A DNA stretch of 51,662 nucleotides from Rhodospirillaceae bacterium (GCA_016793085.1 JAEUKM010000271.1:1-51662); one strand, 5' to 3'; positions 25,278 to 33,535 are shown, numbered from the stretch's first letter. Program-made: numbers and translations. Notes: generated by a model not told the origin, from the letters alone.

Positions 25278-26681
25278 GTGATTACCGCAGCCAACGTTGT
25301 CATCGAACCGATCGAGTACCGTGAGCCCGTGGCGGCTTTTGCGCCCTTGGCGCGCGAGCCTTACGCCATGCTGCTGGGCGGAGGCAGCGCGGGCGCGCAA
25401 TCGCAGTTTGCGTACATCGCTTGCGACCCCTTCGCCGTCATTGAACGCAAGCCCGGCAATAACGCGCCCGATCCGTTTGCTGATGTGCGCCAAGCCTTGC
25501 GCACCCACCGCATCGCGCATGACGGCAGGGCTTTTCCCGCGCCGTTTCTGGGCGGGGCCGTAGGCTTTGCGGGTTATGAGATCGCAAACGATCTGGAGCG
25601 CCTGCCGCCGCGCAAAGCGCCTGCGTTTCCGCTCGATCTGGCCTTCGGGCTTTACGATGCGGTGGCGGCCTTCGACCTCGCCAACAAAAAAGCCTGGATC
25701 ATCTCCACCGGTCTGCCGGAAACAGATTCTATACGCCAAGCCGCCCGCGCCAAGGCGCGCGCGCAGGACCTGCGCGGCAAACTGGGTATGGAAACTTTGC
25801 CCGTGCCGGCACCCTTTACATCGGCTCCTTGGACGGCGGATTTCACCCAGGCTGTCTATCAGGAGCGCATCGCTGCGATTATCCAGCGCATCCGCGCCGG
25901 CGAGATTTACCAGGCCAACATGACACAACGCTGGTCAGCGCCCTGGCCCGAGGGTCTTGAACCCTTCGCGCTGTACCGGCGTTTGCGCCACACCTCGGCC
26001 GCACCCTTTGCGGCCTATTTGTCGCTGAGGACAGACATGCACATTATCTCCGCCTCGCCCGAGCGCTTTTTAAGCGTGGATGAAAAAGGCCGGGTGGAGA
26101 CGCGGCCCATCAAGGGCACCCGGCCGCGTGGGGTGAGCCCTGAGGAAGACCGGGCCCTGGCGGCCGAACTGCGCGCAAGCCCCAAGGACCGGGCCGAGAA
26201 CCTGATGATCGTGGACCTCTTGCGCAACGATATCAGCCGGGTGTGCGTGCCGGGCAGTGTGGAGGTGCCCACACTGTGCGGGCTGGAAAGCTTCCCCGCC
26301 GTGCATCATCTTGTGTCGGTCGTGACGGGGCAGTTGAGGCCGGATGCAACCGCAGTCGACTTGTTATCAGCATGCTTTCCAGGCGGGTCCATCACCGGCG
26401 CGCCGAAGATCCAGGCCATGAAAACGATTCATGATCTTGAGCCCGTGGCGCGGGGGCCTTATTGCGGCACGGTGGCTTGGTTCGGTTTCGACGGGGCTAT
26501 GGATTCCTCCATCGTCATCCGGACGCTTGTCAGGTCAGGCGATACCGTCGCGGCCCAGGCGGGTGGGGGAATAGTTGCGGATTCCGACCCGGCGCAGGAA
26601 TATGCCGAGAGCGTGCTGAAAGCCAAACCGCTGCTGGCGGCGCTGAACGGAGATGGTCGGTTCCAATGCGGCTCTGCCTGA
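25278..26681 (+). CDS. pabB: aminodeoxychorismate synthase component I
   Basis: Chorismate-binding enzyme motifs: GEIYQANMTQR, SPERFL, ETRPIKGTRPRG, ENLMIVDLLRND, FPGGSITGAPK, RGPYCG..G. In-frame GTG at 25278 chosen. Confidence 0.85.
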   Translation: MITAANVVIEPIEYREPVAAFAPLAREPYAMLLGGGSAGAQSQFAYIACDPFAVIERKPGNNAPDPFADVRQALRTHRIAHDGRAFPAPFLGGAVGFAGYEIANDLERLPPRKAPAFPLDLAFGLYDAVAAFDLANKKAWIISTGLPETDSIRQAARAKARAQDLRGKLGMETLPVPAPFTSAPWTADFTQAVYQERIAAIIQRIRAGEIYQANMTQRWSAPWPEGLEPFALYRRLRHTSAAPFAAYLSLRTDMHIISASPERFLSVDEKGRVETRPIKGTRPRGVSPEEDRALAAELRASPKDRAENLMIVDLLRNDISRVCVPGSVEVPTLCGLESFPAVHHLVSVVTGQLRPDATAVDLLSACFPGGSITGAPKIQAMKTIHDLEPVARGPYCGTVAWFGFDGAMDSSIVIRTLVRSGDTVAAQAGGGIVADSDPAQEYAESVLKAKPLLAALNGDGRFQCGSA

Positions 26682-27466
26682 ACGGCAAATTGATGGACGA
26701 AGCCGAGGCGCGCATCGCGCCCGGCGACCGCGGCTTTCTCTTGGGCGACGGCGTGTTCGAGACCATTGCCGTGCGGGGCGGGGTAGGCAAGCGGCTGGCG
26801 GGGCACTTGGCGCGCCTGCGCCACGACGCTGAAGTGATCGGCCTTGGCCTGCCCTGGCCCGACCCCACACTTGTTTCCTTGATCGAACGTGTGGCTGCGG
26901 AAAACAGCCTGACGGAGGCCGCCGTGCGCCTGACCGTCTCGCGCGGGGTGGGACCGCGCGGGCTGCTGCCGCCCGCCACACCTGAGCCGACGCTTCTGAT
27001 TACCGCCGCCCCCATGCCCGATTTCAGCGAGCCGGTACGGTTGATTGTCTCAGGCGCCACGCGGCGCAACGAGCATTCGCCGCTCACGCGCATCAAAAGC
27101 ACCAACTATCTCGATAACATCATCGCACGGCGCGAGGCCGCCGATAAAGGAGCTGATGATGCCATCATGCTGAACACGGCGGGCCGCGTAGCCGAAACGA
27201 CCATCGCTAACGTCTTCGCCCTGATCGGCGGCGGGCTGGTGACCCCACCCATCACCGAAGGCGCGCTGCCGGGCCTGATGCGCGCGGATGTCCTGAAACT
27301 CGGGCGCGGCGAGGAATTGCCGCTGACGGTGGAGATGCTGACCAATGCTACGGAAGTGTTCTTATCGAACGCTCTGGGCTTGCGGGCGGTCACCGCCATT
27401 AACGGCGCGCCCGTGGGCGACGGCGAACCGGGGCTGATTACCCAGCTTCTCGCGGCCCGGCTTTAA
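26666..27466 (+). CDS. pabC: aminodeoxychorismate lyase / class IV aminotransferase
   Basis: MRLCLNGKLMDEAEARIAPGDRGFLLGDGVFETI and later TRIKSTNYLDNI, typical of fold-type IV PLP enzymes. The ATG at 26666 overlaps the pabB end by 16 nt. Confidence 0.8.
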   Translation: MRLCLNGKLMDEAEARIAPGDRGFLLGDGVFETIAVRGGVGKRLAGHLARLRHDAEVIGLGLPWPDPTLVSLIERVAAENSLTEAAVRLTVSRGVGPRGLLPPATPEPTLLITAAPMPDFSEPVRLIVSGATRRNEHSPLTRIKSTNYLDNIIARREAADKGADDAIMLNTAGRVAETTIANVFALIGGGLVTPPITEGALPGLMRADVLKLGRGEELPLTVEMLTNATEVFLSNALGLRAVTAINGAPVGDGEPGLITQLLAARL

Positions 27467-27475
27467 AAAAGAAAG

Positions 27476-27982
27476 TTACCCCTTCACGCCACACGCATCG
27501 CCGATAGCCTTGTAGGCAGCGCCAAAGCCTTGCAGGGAATAGGTGTCCACCGTGGGCGTGCCGCGCGACGAGGTGCCGCGCACACTGAGGGAATTGCCCT
27601 TGATCATCGCCTGCACCGCCGTCTTGTCGGTCTGGGTGTCGCGGGCCCAGGCGCGTTCGCCGAAGCTGAAGAACGTGAATTTGCGCGAGCCCACCTGCAC
27701 CGACACGTCGCTGTCCGGCTGATAGGCATAGCCCGCCACGATGCTGACCACGTCGTTGGCGTTTTCGCCCGGGCGGTGCGTGACCAGCGCCAGAACTTCG
27801 CCGCGGGTTTTGTAGTTGCCTTCCGACTTGATGGGCTTGGAGGCAATGTAGCAGACGTTTTTGCCGTCCTCTTGATATGTGTAGGCCGTCCACTTGCCGC
27901 TGGTGGAAATCGTCTTCACGTCCTGGGCGGCGGCGGGAAGGCCAGCCAGCGCCAAACCCAAAACTGCAAAAGCCAAACGCAT
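27476..27982 (-). CDS. secreted hypothetical protein (possibly IalB-like)
   Basis: Signal peptide MRLAFAVLGLALAGLPAAAQD, with conserved W..Y......VCY and a C-terminal ...GDACG. The family assignment is tentative. ATG at 27980-27982. Confidence 0.6.
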   Translation of the reverse strand: MRLAFAVLGLALAGLPAAAQDVKTISTSGKWTAYTYQEDGKNVCYIASKPIKSEGNYKTRGEVLALVTHRPGENANDVVSIVAGYAYQPDSDVSVQVGSRKFTFFSFGERAWARDTQTDKTAVQAMIKGNSLSVRGTSSRGTPTVDTYSLQGFGAAYKAIGDACGVKG

Positions 27983-28074
27983 GATTGTCACCGGAAGAAT
28001 TGTTTCCTGAATTATGCGGCGGCGCAGCGCCTGCGCAAGACCATAAGTTGGGTCTTGGTACAACTAAGCCGCGT

Positions 28075-28701
28075 TCAATCGGCGTATTTGCGCCCGCCGC
28101 CCTTGGCCGCGAAATTGACTTCGGCCAGAGGCGGGGCGGCCCTGAACCGTTCGGGCGGCATTTCACTGGGCTTGGGCCCGCCCGGCATGAGGGGCCGCGC
28201 CGCGTAGTTCCCATGCACCAGAAGGCGGTCGTACATCACGATTACCCCGGCGATGCCGACGTTCAGGCAAAAGCGTGTGGGAATGCGGATGACATGATCG
28301 CACCGGGCCAGCATGCCGGGTGAGAGCGAGCTGCCCTCGGGGCCCATCACATAGGCGGCCTGACGCGGATGATGAAAGCTGGGCAGTTCCACCGCATCGT
28401 CCAGGAATTCGACGCCTACCAGCGAACAGCCCGTAGGAAGCTGCATCTCCTCGACGCTTGGAAAGGCGAAATAAGGCAGGCTGGAGGTGGCGTCGGATGT
28501 ATCGGTCTGCTTGCCGTCGCGGCGGCGGTAGGCGGCCGCCACCGTAAACACGAAGCCCGCCCCGAAGGCATGGGCCGAGCGGAACAGGTTGCCGACGTTG
28601 AAGGATTTACTGATGCCTTCCACCCCAATGCCGAAGTAGCCGCGCATGGGCTGGATTGGCTGCTTGGGTGAGCGGGTCTGCGAGGGGTTGTTTTTCGGCA
28701 T
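28075..28701 (-). CDS. TrmH/SpoU family RNA methyltransferase
   Basis: YFGIGVEG.SK..NVGNLFRSAHAFGA..., then GPEGSSLSPGMLARCDHVIRIP and NVGIAGVIVMYD: SpoU motifs 1-3. Confidence 0.85.
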   Translation of the reverse strand: MPKNNPSQTRSPKQPIQPMRGYFGIGVEGISKSFNVGNLFRSAHAFGAGFVFTVAAAYRRRDGKQTDTSDATSSLPYFAFPSVEEMQLPTGCSLVGVEFLDDAVELPSFHHPRQAAYVMGPEGSSLSPGMLARCDHVIRIPTRFCLNVGIAGVIVMYDRLLVHGNYAARPLMPGGPKPSEMPPERFRAAPPLAEVNFAAKGGGRKYAD

Positions 28702-28791
28702 GGGGGTCGACTTAGAAGGTATGGTCGCGGTTTAAAGCGCCGGGACGTACGGCGCAAGTATACCGGGCCCGGCCCGCAACGGATATCTGAC

Positions 28792-28886
28792 ATGCCGAAA
28801 CCGGCGTTGCGGCGGCGGCAAGCCGGGGTTATTGCCTAACCTGCAACATAAGGGCCCGCGCCGTACTAAGGCGGGCCGCCTTTTTT
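28792..28886 (+). promoter_or_regulatory. candidate leader-peptide attenuator: 15-codon ORF (MPKPALRRRQAGVIA) plus intrinsic terminator ahead of the EamA gene
   Basis: ATG at 28792, three consecutive CGG Arg codons at 28810-28818, TAA at 28837-28839. Terminator stem GGCCCGC/GCGGGCC (28853-28859 / 28871-28877), 11-nt loop, T6 at 28881-28886. The transporter ATG is at 28910. The only upstream gene is on the opposite strand. Confidence 0.45.
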
Positions 28887-28909
28887 AGAGCAAGGTTTGA
28901 TCGGTATTC

Positions 28910-29839
28910 ATGGCTTCCGGTTCGCCGTCAGCATCTGCATCGTCCGGGCCCCCGCTGCCGCCCGTGGACAACACGAAGGGCGCCATCTGGATGGTGGGCA
29001 GCGCCCTGGTGTTTGCGGGCGTGGCCGTGTTGATTAAAAAACTGGGCCAAAGCGTGCCCGTGGCCGAGATGGTGTTTTTCCGCTGTCTGTTCGGCCTCAG
29101 CATCATCGTGCCCTTCATCATCCGCTACGGCTTCCGCGTCTTCAAAACAGCGCGGCCCGACCTGCACATCGTGCGCGTGCTGTGCGCCGTGGTGGGCATG
29201 AACTGCGGGTTTTACGCCATGACCCACATGGAACTGGCCACCGCCGTGTCGCTGGGTTACACGCGCCCGCTGTTCATGATCCTGCTGGCGGTGATGTTCA
29301 TGGGCGAAGTGGTGCGCTGGCGGCGCGGACTTGCCACCCTGATCGGCTTCATCGGCGTGCTGGTGATGCTGCAACCCGCCACGGTGCCCGTGGGCCTGCC
29401 CGCCGTGGCGGCTCTGGTCTCGGCGCTGGCGGTGGCGGGCGCCATGAGTGTCGTGCGTCAACAGGCCGTTGTGGATGGTCCGGCCACCATCATGGCGTGG
29501 TTCGCGACGGGCACGGCCATCATTACCGCCGTTCCGGCGGTGTTTGTGTGGGAAACCCCTGCCCCCGATCAGTGGGTGTATCTGATTGCCATCGGCGTGA
29601 TGGCCAGCATCGGCCAGTACATGATGATCAAGGCGTTCACGCACGGCGAAGCGACCGTGATGAACCCCATCGACTATCTGCAGATCCTGCTGGCGGCCCT
29701 GTTCGGTTTCATGCTCTTCGACGAAATCCCCAATATCTGGACCGGCATCGGCGCGGTGGTGATTATCGCCTCCACGCTTTACATCCTTCTGCGCGAGGCG
29801 GCCCTGCAAAAGCCGCCGCCGCCGCCGATGAAGGAATAG
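28910..29839 (+). CDS. DMT superfamily (EamA-like) transporter
   Basis: 309 aa, about 10 TM segments in two EamA-like halves, with a Pro-rich C-terminus. Confidence 0.9.
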   Translation: MASGSPSASASSGPPLPPVDNTKGAIWMVGSALVFAGVAVLIKKLGQSVPVAEMVFFRCLFGLSIIVPFIIRYGFRVFKTARPDLHIVRVLCAVVGMNCGFYAMTHMELATAVSLGYTRPLFMILLAVMFMGEVVRWRRGLATLIGFIGVLVMLQPATVPVGLPAVAALVSALAVAGAMSVVRQQAVVDGPATIMAWFATGTAIITAVPAVFVWETPAPDQWVYLIAIGVMASIGQYMMIKAFTHGEATVMNPIDYLQILLAALFGFMLFDEIPNIWTGIGAVVIIASTLYILLREAALQKPPPPPMKE

Positions 29840-29853
29840 CGCAACGCCGCCAC

Positions 29854-30147
29854 CTACTGTCGCGCGGTTTCGTCCATGAACGAAGCCAGTTCCACGTCCA
29901 GCGCGCTTACGCCCTTGCAGTCGTGGGTGGTCAGCGTTACTTCCACGGTCTTGTAAATATTCGTCCACTCCGGATGGTGGTTCATGGCTTCGGCCTTCTC
30001 GGCCACACGCGTCATGAAGGCGAAGGCCTGCTGGAAATCGCCGAAGACGAACGTGCGCTCGATGGCGTCGCGCCCGATCACCTCGTTCCAGTGCACAAGT
30101 TTTTTCAGCGCGTTCTTGCGCGCCGCCGGATCAAGTTTTGCCGCCAT
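29854..30147 (-). CDS. 4a-hydroxytetrahydrobiopterin (pterin-4-alpha-carbinolamine) dehydratase
   Basis: FKDF..AF.F...VA..AE..NHHPEW.NVY..V.V.L.THD pattern present (FGDFQQAFAFMTRVAEKAEAMNHHPEWTNIYKTVEVTLTTHD). ATG at 30145-30147 with a GGGGGAG RBS. Confidence 0.9.
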   Translation of the reverse strand: MAAKLDPAARKNALKKLVHWNEVIGRDAIERTFVFGDFQQAFAFMTRVAEKAEAMNHHPEWTNIYKTVEVTLTTHDCKGVSALDVELASFMDETARQ

Positions 30148-30242
30148 GGTCTCCCCCCGTGCTATACACATCCAGAATGGGCTTGTGCCTGCCGACACTC
30201 AAGACGATTCATAACCAGACTTTTCTCATTGCCAGACTTTTT

Positions 30243-30647
30243 ATGCCCGACCTTTTTCCGCCCAGCCTGGATGAGATCAACGCTCTCGCGCGCGAAGCGT
30301 TGCAAAGCCTGCCCCTGCGCCTACGCCAGTTCACCGAGGGGTTGATTATTCAGGTTACGGAATTTCCCGATGACGATGTCTGCACCGAGATGGAGCTGGA
30401 AAGTCCGTTTGATATTCTGGGGTTGTATCAGGGTGTCTCCATGACCGAGCAGACCGTGGAAGCCTCAGGCACGCTGCCCAACATGGTGTTCCTGTACCGC
30501 AGGCCGATTTTGGATTACTGGGCGGAAACCTCGGAAGACCTGCGCCACGTGGTGCGCCATGTGCTGATCCACGAGATCGGGCATCATTTCGGATTCTCCG
30601 ATGACGATATGGAGTTGATCGAGGCCGAAGCCGAGGGTCCGCGTTAA
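30243..30647 (+). CDS. zincin-like metallopeptidase family protein (DUF1025-type)
   Basis: HEIGHHFGFSDDDM zinc-binding motif near the C-terminus. About 134 aa from the ATG at 30243. Confidence 0.8.
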   Translation: MPDLFPPSLDEINALAREALQSLPLRLRQFTEGLIIQVTEFPDDDVCTEMELESPFDILGLYQGVSMTEQTVEASGTLPNMVFLYRRPILDYWAETSEDLRHVVRHVLIHEIGHHFGFSDDDMELIEAEAEGPR

Positions 30648-31018
30648 AAGAAACTCACGACAAGAGCGCTGACCAGCGCCCACAGAACGGCACCAGCGAA
30701 AGAGACGAAAAGCCACTTTCCTTCCGGCCACATTGCTGTCAGCGAATGCGGCTTACCGGTTATAAGCATCTTCACTTTAATGCGCCGGTAAACTGTGTGA
30801 ACCCAACAGATGATTCCAGCGCTCCAGAAAGCGGCAAATCCAACTCCGATGACTCTGAATTTTGTACCGTCCGATTCTGTGGCGCCGTCAGGAATTATGG
30901 TGAACTGCGAAAGGAAAACCCAGGCGCAAAAGGCAGCAAGCAAAACGATAACGGCATAGGCCAAGCCATTGATTGTTGTAGGAAGCGGTGTGTAAGGATG
31001 CGGCTCTTTATGTAACAT
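30644..31018 (-). CDS. hypothetical small membrane protein (AT-rich orphan)
   Basis: 124 aa with three predicted TM segments and no motif I recognise. Visibly AT-richer and lacking the GC3 bias of all neighbours. AT-rich promoter-like sequence upstream (31019-31040). Confidence 0.55.
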   Translation of the reverse strand: MLHKEPHPYTPLPTTINGLAYAVIVLLAAFCAWVFLSQFTIIPDGATESDGTKFRVIGVGFAAFWSAGIICWVHTVYRRIKVKMLITGKPHSLTAMWPEGKWLFVSFAGAVLWALVSALVVSFF

Positions 31019-31139
31019 CGAGATTTATATATCATGCGATCAACTGCCGGAGAATGGGGCCGGCGACGATCCTACGTACCGGCGGATGTGTTTAAAAACA
31101 TAAGGCCGCCTGTTCACAGTCAACGACAGGAGATGCACC

Positions 31140-31676
31140 ATGTCCCGCTGGACGGATTTGCGCCTGCCCGCCGCGCACGAGATGCTGATCGGCTTTTACG
31201 ACCTCACCGGGTACACCGTCTATTCTGCTTCGCACGAACCGCGTGATATTTTGGAATTGATGGCGGGTTACTTTCACCTCACGGGCCGCATTATCGCTGA
31301 ATCCGGCGGCCGCCTGATCAAAACCCTGGGCGATGCGGGCCTGTGCGCCTTCTTTGCCGAGGATACCGATGCGGGCGTGCGGGCCTTGCGGCGTGTGCAG
31401 CATGACGGCGATGCCTGGCTGCTGAAGCAAGGCTACAAATCCCGCGCGGTGGTAAAGATGCATCTGGGCCCCGTGGCGCTGGGGCTGGTGGGAGCGCCGG
31501 GTACGGAAATTCTGGATGTCTACGGCAAGACCGTGAACACGGCCGCCGTGCTGCAAAGCAACGGCTTTGCCTTAAGCCCCGCCGCGTTCCGGGGGTTGAA
31601 GCCCGAGACACGCACGCTGTTCAAGAAGCACACGCCGCCCATCAGCTACATCGCGAGCGAAGACCGGCATAGTTAG
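31140..31676 (+). CDS. stand-alone class III nucleotidyl cyclase (CHD) domain protein
   Basis: 178 aa. FYDLTGYT (metal Asp), IKTLGDAGLCAF (Lys-x-x-Gly-Asp), YGKTVNTAAVLQ (Asn present, canonical Arg four residues later is Val). AGGAGA RBS 8 nt upstream. Confidence 0.7.
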   Translation: MSRWTDLRLPAAHEMLIGFYDLTGYTVYSASHEPRDILELMAGYFHLTGRIIAESGGRLIKTLGDAGLCAFFAEDTDAGVRALRRVQHDGDAWLLKQGYKSRAVVKMHLGPVALGLVGAPGTEILDVYGKTVNTAAVLQSNGFALSPAAFRGLKPETRTLFKKHTPPISYIASEDRHS

Positions 31677-32257
31677 ATCAGCAGTTTTTTCACCTTGCGT
31701 TTGAGGTTGGGCGCAAGCTCGGCCTCGAACCATGGATTCTTCTTCAGCCAGCCTGTATTGCGCCAACTTGGGTGCGGCAGCGGCAGAAACTTCGGCCCGT
31801 ATGTGCGCCAGGCCCTTACCGTATCCGTCATGGTGGTTTTGCGGCGCCCGGCCAGATACCGCGCCTGGGCATAGCTGCCGACGAGCAGTACGAGTTCGAC
31901 TTTTTTCAGAAACGGCCAGAGCTGCGGATGCCAGGTGGGCGCGCACTCGGGGCGCGGCGGCGCGTCACCGCCGTTTTTATCGACGCCGGGATAGCAGAAA
32001 CCCATGGGCATGATGGCGATGCGGCGTTCGTCGTAAAAAATCTCACGATCCACCCCCAGCCAGTCCCTTAAGCGATCTCCGGAGCGATCATTCCAGGGAA
32101 GGCCCGTTTCATGCACCTTCGTCCCTGGAGCCTGGCCGATGATAAGAATCCTCGCGCTGGCCTTCACGCGCAGCACCGGGCGCGGGCCCAGCGGCAAATG
32201 GTCCGCGCACAACGTGCAGGCACGCACCTGTTGCAGCAGATCATCCAGCCTGGTCAT
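31673..32257 (-). CDS. uracil-DNA glycosylase superfamily protein (family 4-like, Fe-S type)
   Basis: CTLC near the N-terminus plus two later Cys, motif A IIGQAPG, motif B LPHPSWRN. ATG at 32255-32257 forms an ATGA overlap with the cobB stop. The track's longer ORF (to 32557) runs into cobB. Confidence 0.85.
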   Translation of the reverse strand: MTRLDDLLQQVRACTLCADHLPLGPRPVLRVKASARILIIGQAPGTKVHETGLPWNDRSGDRLRDWLGVDREIFYDERRIAIMPMGFCYPGVDKNGGDAPPRPECAPTWHPQLWPFLKKVELVLLVGSYAQARYLAGRRKTTMTDTVRAWRTYGPKFLPLPHPSWRNTGWLKKNPWFEAELAPNLKRKVKKLLI

Positions 32258-32985
32258 GCGCCCAGCAGGGCCGCCACATAGCGCGGCACGATCTCGGTGG
32301 CGCGGCCGTAGTGGGATTCGGCGAACAGCGACGCGCCCGTGGAGGGCTCCAGGTTCAGTTCCACCGTGTGCCCACGGCCCAGTTTGCGCACCAGCGCCAC
32401 GAACCCCGCCGCCGGATAGACGTTGCCCGAGGTGCCGATGGAGACGAACAGATCGCACATGGCCAAAGCCTCTTGAATGCGTTCCATCTCCAGAGGCATT
32501 TCGCCAAACCAAACCACATTCGGCCTGAGGCCGCCGGGCCGCCCGCAGCCCTCGCACACATCATGCACCGACATGTCGCCAACCCAAGGCACGACATGAC
32601 TGCAATAGTTGCAGCGCGCCTCGGCGTGGCGGCCGTGCATGTGGATCAGGTTTGTCGTGCCCGCGCGCTCGTGGAAGGAATCCACATTCTGCGTGACCAC
32701 CAGCACCTCGGCGTCCCACCTCGCTTCCAGGTTGGCCAAGGCCTTGTGGGCGGCGTTGGGTTCAAGGTTCAGGGTCAGCGCCCGCTTGCGGCGCATATTG
32801 TAGAAGGCGTGCACGCGCTCCGGGTCGCGCAGGAAGGCTTCGGGTGTGGCCACGTCCTCGATGCGCACCTTGGCCCAGATGCCGTCGGGATCACGGAAGG
32901 TTTCCAGGCCCGATTCCTGCGAGATGCCCGCCCCCGTAAGAATGACGATGCGGGCGTTGGGCTCAGGTTTTGTAACGCGGTTCAT
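32254..32985 (-). CDS. cobB: NAD-dependent protein deacylase (Sir2 family)
   Basis: IVILTGAGISQESGLETFRD, VVTQNVDSFHERAG, HG, a Zn ribbon C..C...C..C and GTSGNVYPAA. Confidence 0.9.
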   Translation of the reverse strand: MNRVTKPEPNARIVILTGAGISQESGLETFRDPDGIWAKVRIEDVATPEAFLRDPERVHAFYNMRRKRALTLNLEPNAAHKALANLEARWDAEVLVVTQNVDSFHERAGTTNLIHMHGRHAEARCNYCSHVVPWVGDMSVHDVCEGCGRPGGLRPNVVWFGEMPLEMERIQEALAMCDLFVSIGTSGNVYPAAGFVALVRKLGRGHTVELNLEPSTGASLFAESHYGRATEIVPRYVAALLGA

Positions 32986-33061
32986 GGTTTGACGGGCCGA
33001 CTGTGAGTTCTGATATGATGGGGCATATTCAAACGGCCCTCAATCGGTTGCGCTGGCCTCC

Positions 33062-33535
33062 ATGCCTTACCGCGTTCTGTTCGTCTGCACCGGAAATATC
33101 TGCCGTTCGCCCACGGCCGAGGGCGCGTTCCGTCTGGTTGTGGCCGAGGCGGGCCTGGACAAGCAGATCCAGGTCGATTCGGCGGGCACCAGCAGCTACC
33201 ACATCGGCGATGCGCCCGATGCGCGCAGCAGTGCGGCGGCGGCCACGCGCGGCATCGATATCCGCGCGCTGAAGGCGCGCCGGATTCAGGAGCAGGACTT
33301 CAACGATTTCGACCTGATCCTGGCCATGGACCACGGCCACCTGAACCACCTGCGCGCCATGCGCCGCGAAGAACACAAGGCCGAGGTGCGCCTGTTCCTG
33401 GACTACCATGCCGAGGCGCGCCACCGCGACGTGCCCGACCCCTACTACGGCGGGGCGGCCGACTTCGAGCACGTGCTGGATCTGGTGGAACACGCAAGCC
33501 GCGGGCTGCTGGCGGCACTCCGCGCTAAAATTTAG
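33062..33535 (+). CDS. low-molecular-weight protein-tyrosine phosphatase
   Basis: VLFVCTGNICRSPTAE P-loop and a DPYYG motif near the C-terminus. Confidence 0.9.
   Translation: MPYRVLFVCTGNICRSPTAEGAFRLVVAEAGLDKQIQVDSAGTSSYHIGDAPDARSSAAAATRGIDIRALKARRIQEQDFNDFDLILAMDHGHLNHLRAMRREEHKAEVRLFLDYHAEARHRDVPDPYYGGAADFEHVLDLVEHASRGLLAALRAKI

Noticed and set aside
24140-25303. 387-aa minus-strand ORF opposite the 2-hydroxyacid dehydrogenase gene
   Set aside because: Antisense artefact. The plus strand carries canonical NAD-binding and catalytic motifs.
28928-29968. 346-aa minus-strand ORF opposite the EamA transporter gene
   Set aside because: Its His/Arg/Gly-rich low-complexity translation has no motifs. 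The plus-strand frame gives a clean 10-TM DMT protein.
31087-31102. CRP/FNR-like site TGTGTTTAAAAACATA upstream of the cyclase gene
   Set aside because: Only one half-site resembles TGTGA, and the second half (ACATA) is a poor match to TCACA. It lies in AT-rich DNA, where such near-palindromes arise by chance.
30644-31676. Pycsar/CBASS-like defence pair (small cyclase plus membrane protein)
   Set aside because: The genes are divergent rather than in an operon. The membrane protein is too small to hold a cNMP-binding domain, and no other defence genes are nearby. I kept it only as an orphan-cyclase observation.
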